From: a virus
Lineage: Duplodnaviria; Heunggongvirae; Uroviricota; Caudoviricetes
Virus record (IMG/VR): IMGVR_UViG_2541047691_000019
Location: 1 to 7,321 of that record
Length of the DNA stretch: 7,321 nt
Strand: one strand, 5' to 3'
This document shows positions 6,228 through 7,321 of the stretch, piece after piece. Numbering within the stretch: position 1 is the first letter of the stretch; the number at the start of each line of letters is the position of its first letter. The notes below the pieces were generated by a model, which did no database searches, was not told the DNA's origin, and saw only the letters and a list, made by a program, of their open reading frames with translations. Both the position numbers and the translations under genes were made by a program.

Positions 6228-7321
6228 GAGGTCTTGTTTCTGCTCTTTTGGAGTTCTTCAAAACGATTATGTAAAGATTTCGGATACAGTTCGGTATATA
6301 CCTGCCATAGCACGTTTAATGAACGATGCCCTGTAACTTGAGCGACTTCCTCAATACTAAAACCAGCCTCAAATAAGCGACTTGCCCCTTCTCTACGCAA
6401 ATCATGGTATCGCAGATCTTTAATACCTAATTTGCTTCTTACCCTCTGAAATCCTGCGGTAACAGAAGTGCTGTTATATGGAAAAATGAATTCTGATTTT
6501 TTGGGTTGGCGCTGGACGATATCCCAGGCTTCCCCAAGCAAGGCAACTTTCATATGGTTACCTTCCTTTTTACGTGGATCTTTCCTATCTCTTACTAGTA
6601 TAGATTTTTGTTCTTGGTCGAGATCTTCCCATCGTAACCGGCATACTTCTCCGATTCGCATACAGGACCACACAGAAAATTTGAGGATATCAACGAACGG
6701 AATTTTTGAGCATTTATGAGTAGATCGTTGTTGAAGGCCTTCAATGAGCATGTCCAGTTCATCAGATGCTGGTCTACGATTACGACGGTTTGATTTACCA
6801 ATCAAACCGAGTTTAAGTAGATATGGACGAGCGCTTTTCGCCGGGTTTGATGTGTAATTGATTCCGTATACAGGTTTTGCCGCATCCAGAACACTGCCAA
6901 GATAACTAACATCGTGGCTGACTGTTGCTGGGCCTGCACCAGCGTTGTTTCTTAGCCTGCAATGTTCAATTACGTCATTTTCTGTCAGTTCAGATAGTTT
7001 GATCGCGGATATGTCACTATCCATAAGCAGTTCCAGCACATATCTTTTAGTACGGCCTGCTTTACCTCCGGCATTTGGGTCATTTAAATATTTGTGTAGT
7101 AAGTCACGGACTGTAAGTCCATCAACAGCATTTGATGATGGAATGCCATATAGATCTAATTCCATCACTTTCTGTGCGCCCCATGTTTTGGCATGAGCAT
7201 GTTTAGGGAATGTTTTGCTTTCCCTGTAAGTGATAACACCTTTTTCTTTGATAATCACATTACAGCGATAGCGTGGTGTGCCATCGGATTTTAGTCGTTT
7301 CTCTATGTTATAGTACGCCAT
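6224..7321 (-). CDS. int: Phage integrase, tyrosine site-specific recombinase
   Basis: 365 aa. C-terminal catalytic-domain motifs: Arg in …CMRIGEVCRLRWEDLD…, HDLRREGASRLF (H-x-x-R) and a Tyr near the C-terminus (…GHRSLNVLWQVYTELY). Start codon is the final 3 bases of the window (complement of 7319-7321), so an upstream extension cannot be excluded. AT-rich relative to J and lom. Confidence 0.88.
   Translation of the reverse strand: MAYYNIEKRLKSDGTPRYRCNVIIKEKGVITYRESKTFPKHAHAKTWGAQKVMELDLYGIPSSNAVDGLTVRDLLHKYLNDPNAGGKAGRTKRYVLELLMDSDISAIKLSELTENDVIEHCRLRNNAGAGPATVSHDVSYLGSVLDAAKPVYGINYTSNPAKSARPYLLKLGLIGKSNRRNRRPASDELDMLIEGLQQRSTHKCSKIPFVDILKFSVWSCMRIGEVCRLRWEDLDQEQKSILVRDRKDPRKKEGNHMKVALLGEAWDIVQRQPKKSEFIFPYNSTSVTAGFQRVRSKLGIKDLRYHDLRREGASRLFEAGFSIEEVAQVTGHRSLNVLWQVYTELYPKSLHNRFEELQKSRNKTS

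Noticed and set aside
6468-7196. ORFs inside int (6468-6719 +, 6595-6801 -, 6945-7196 +)
   Set aside because: Internal to the integrase gene on alternative or antisense frames; the integrase reading is far better supported by catalytic motifs.
1-7321. CRISPR arrays, IS elements with terminal inverted repeats, rRNA/tRNA genes
   Set aside because: No regularly spaced direct repeats, transposase ORFs or structured RNA gene signatures were seen anywhere in the window.

Overview
This window reads as the tail-fibre / attachment-site region of a lambda-like (lambdoid) temperate phage from an enterobacterial host. All identifications come from reading the sequence and from my memory of phage lambda proteins; no database search was run. 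Left to right on the + strand: the 3' part of host-specificity gene J (truncated by the window start), lom, and a side tail fibre gene (stf) with an internal Ala/Ser/Thr/Lys-rich repeat tract and a lower-GC distal half. Where tfa should follow there are instead two small uncharacterised ORFs (92 aa, translationally coupled to stf; 73 aa, hydrophobic), and only a stop-truncated C-terminal remnant of tfa remains. On the - strand sit a dinI-like gene, driven by a promoter carrying two LexA boxes that overlaps the integrase stop codon, and a tyrosine integrase whose start codon is the last three bases of the window. I found no rRNA, tRNA, CRISPR array or IS element. I do not see a clear multi-gene defence system; the most novel candidates are the two small ORFs at 5141-5650 that displace tfa, and the SOS-controlled dinI module embedded at the int 3' end.
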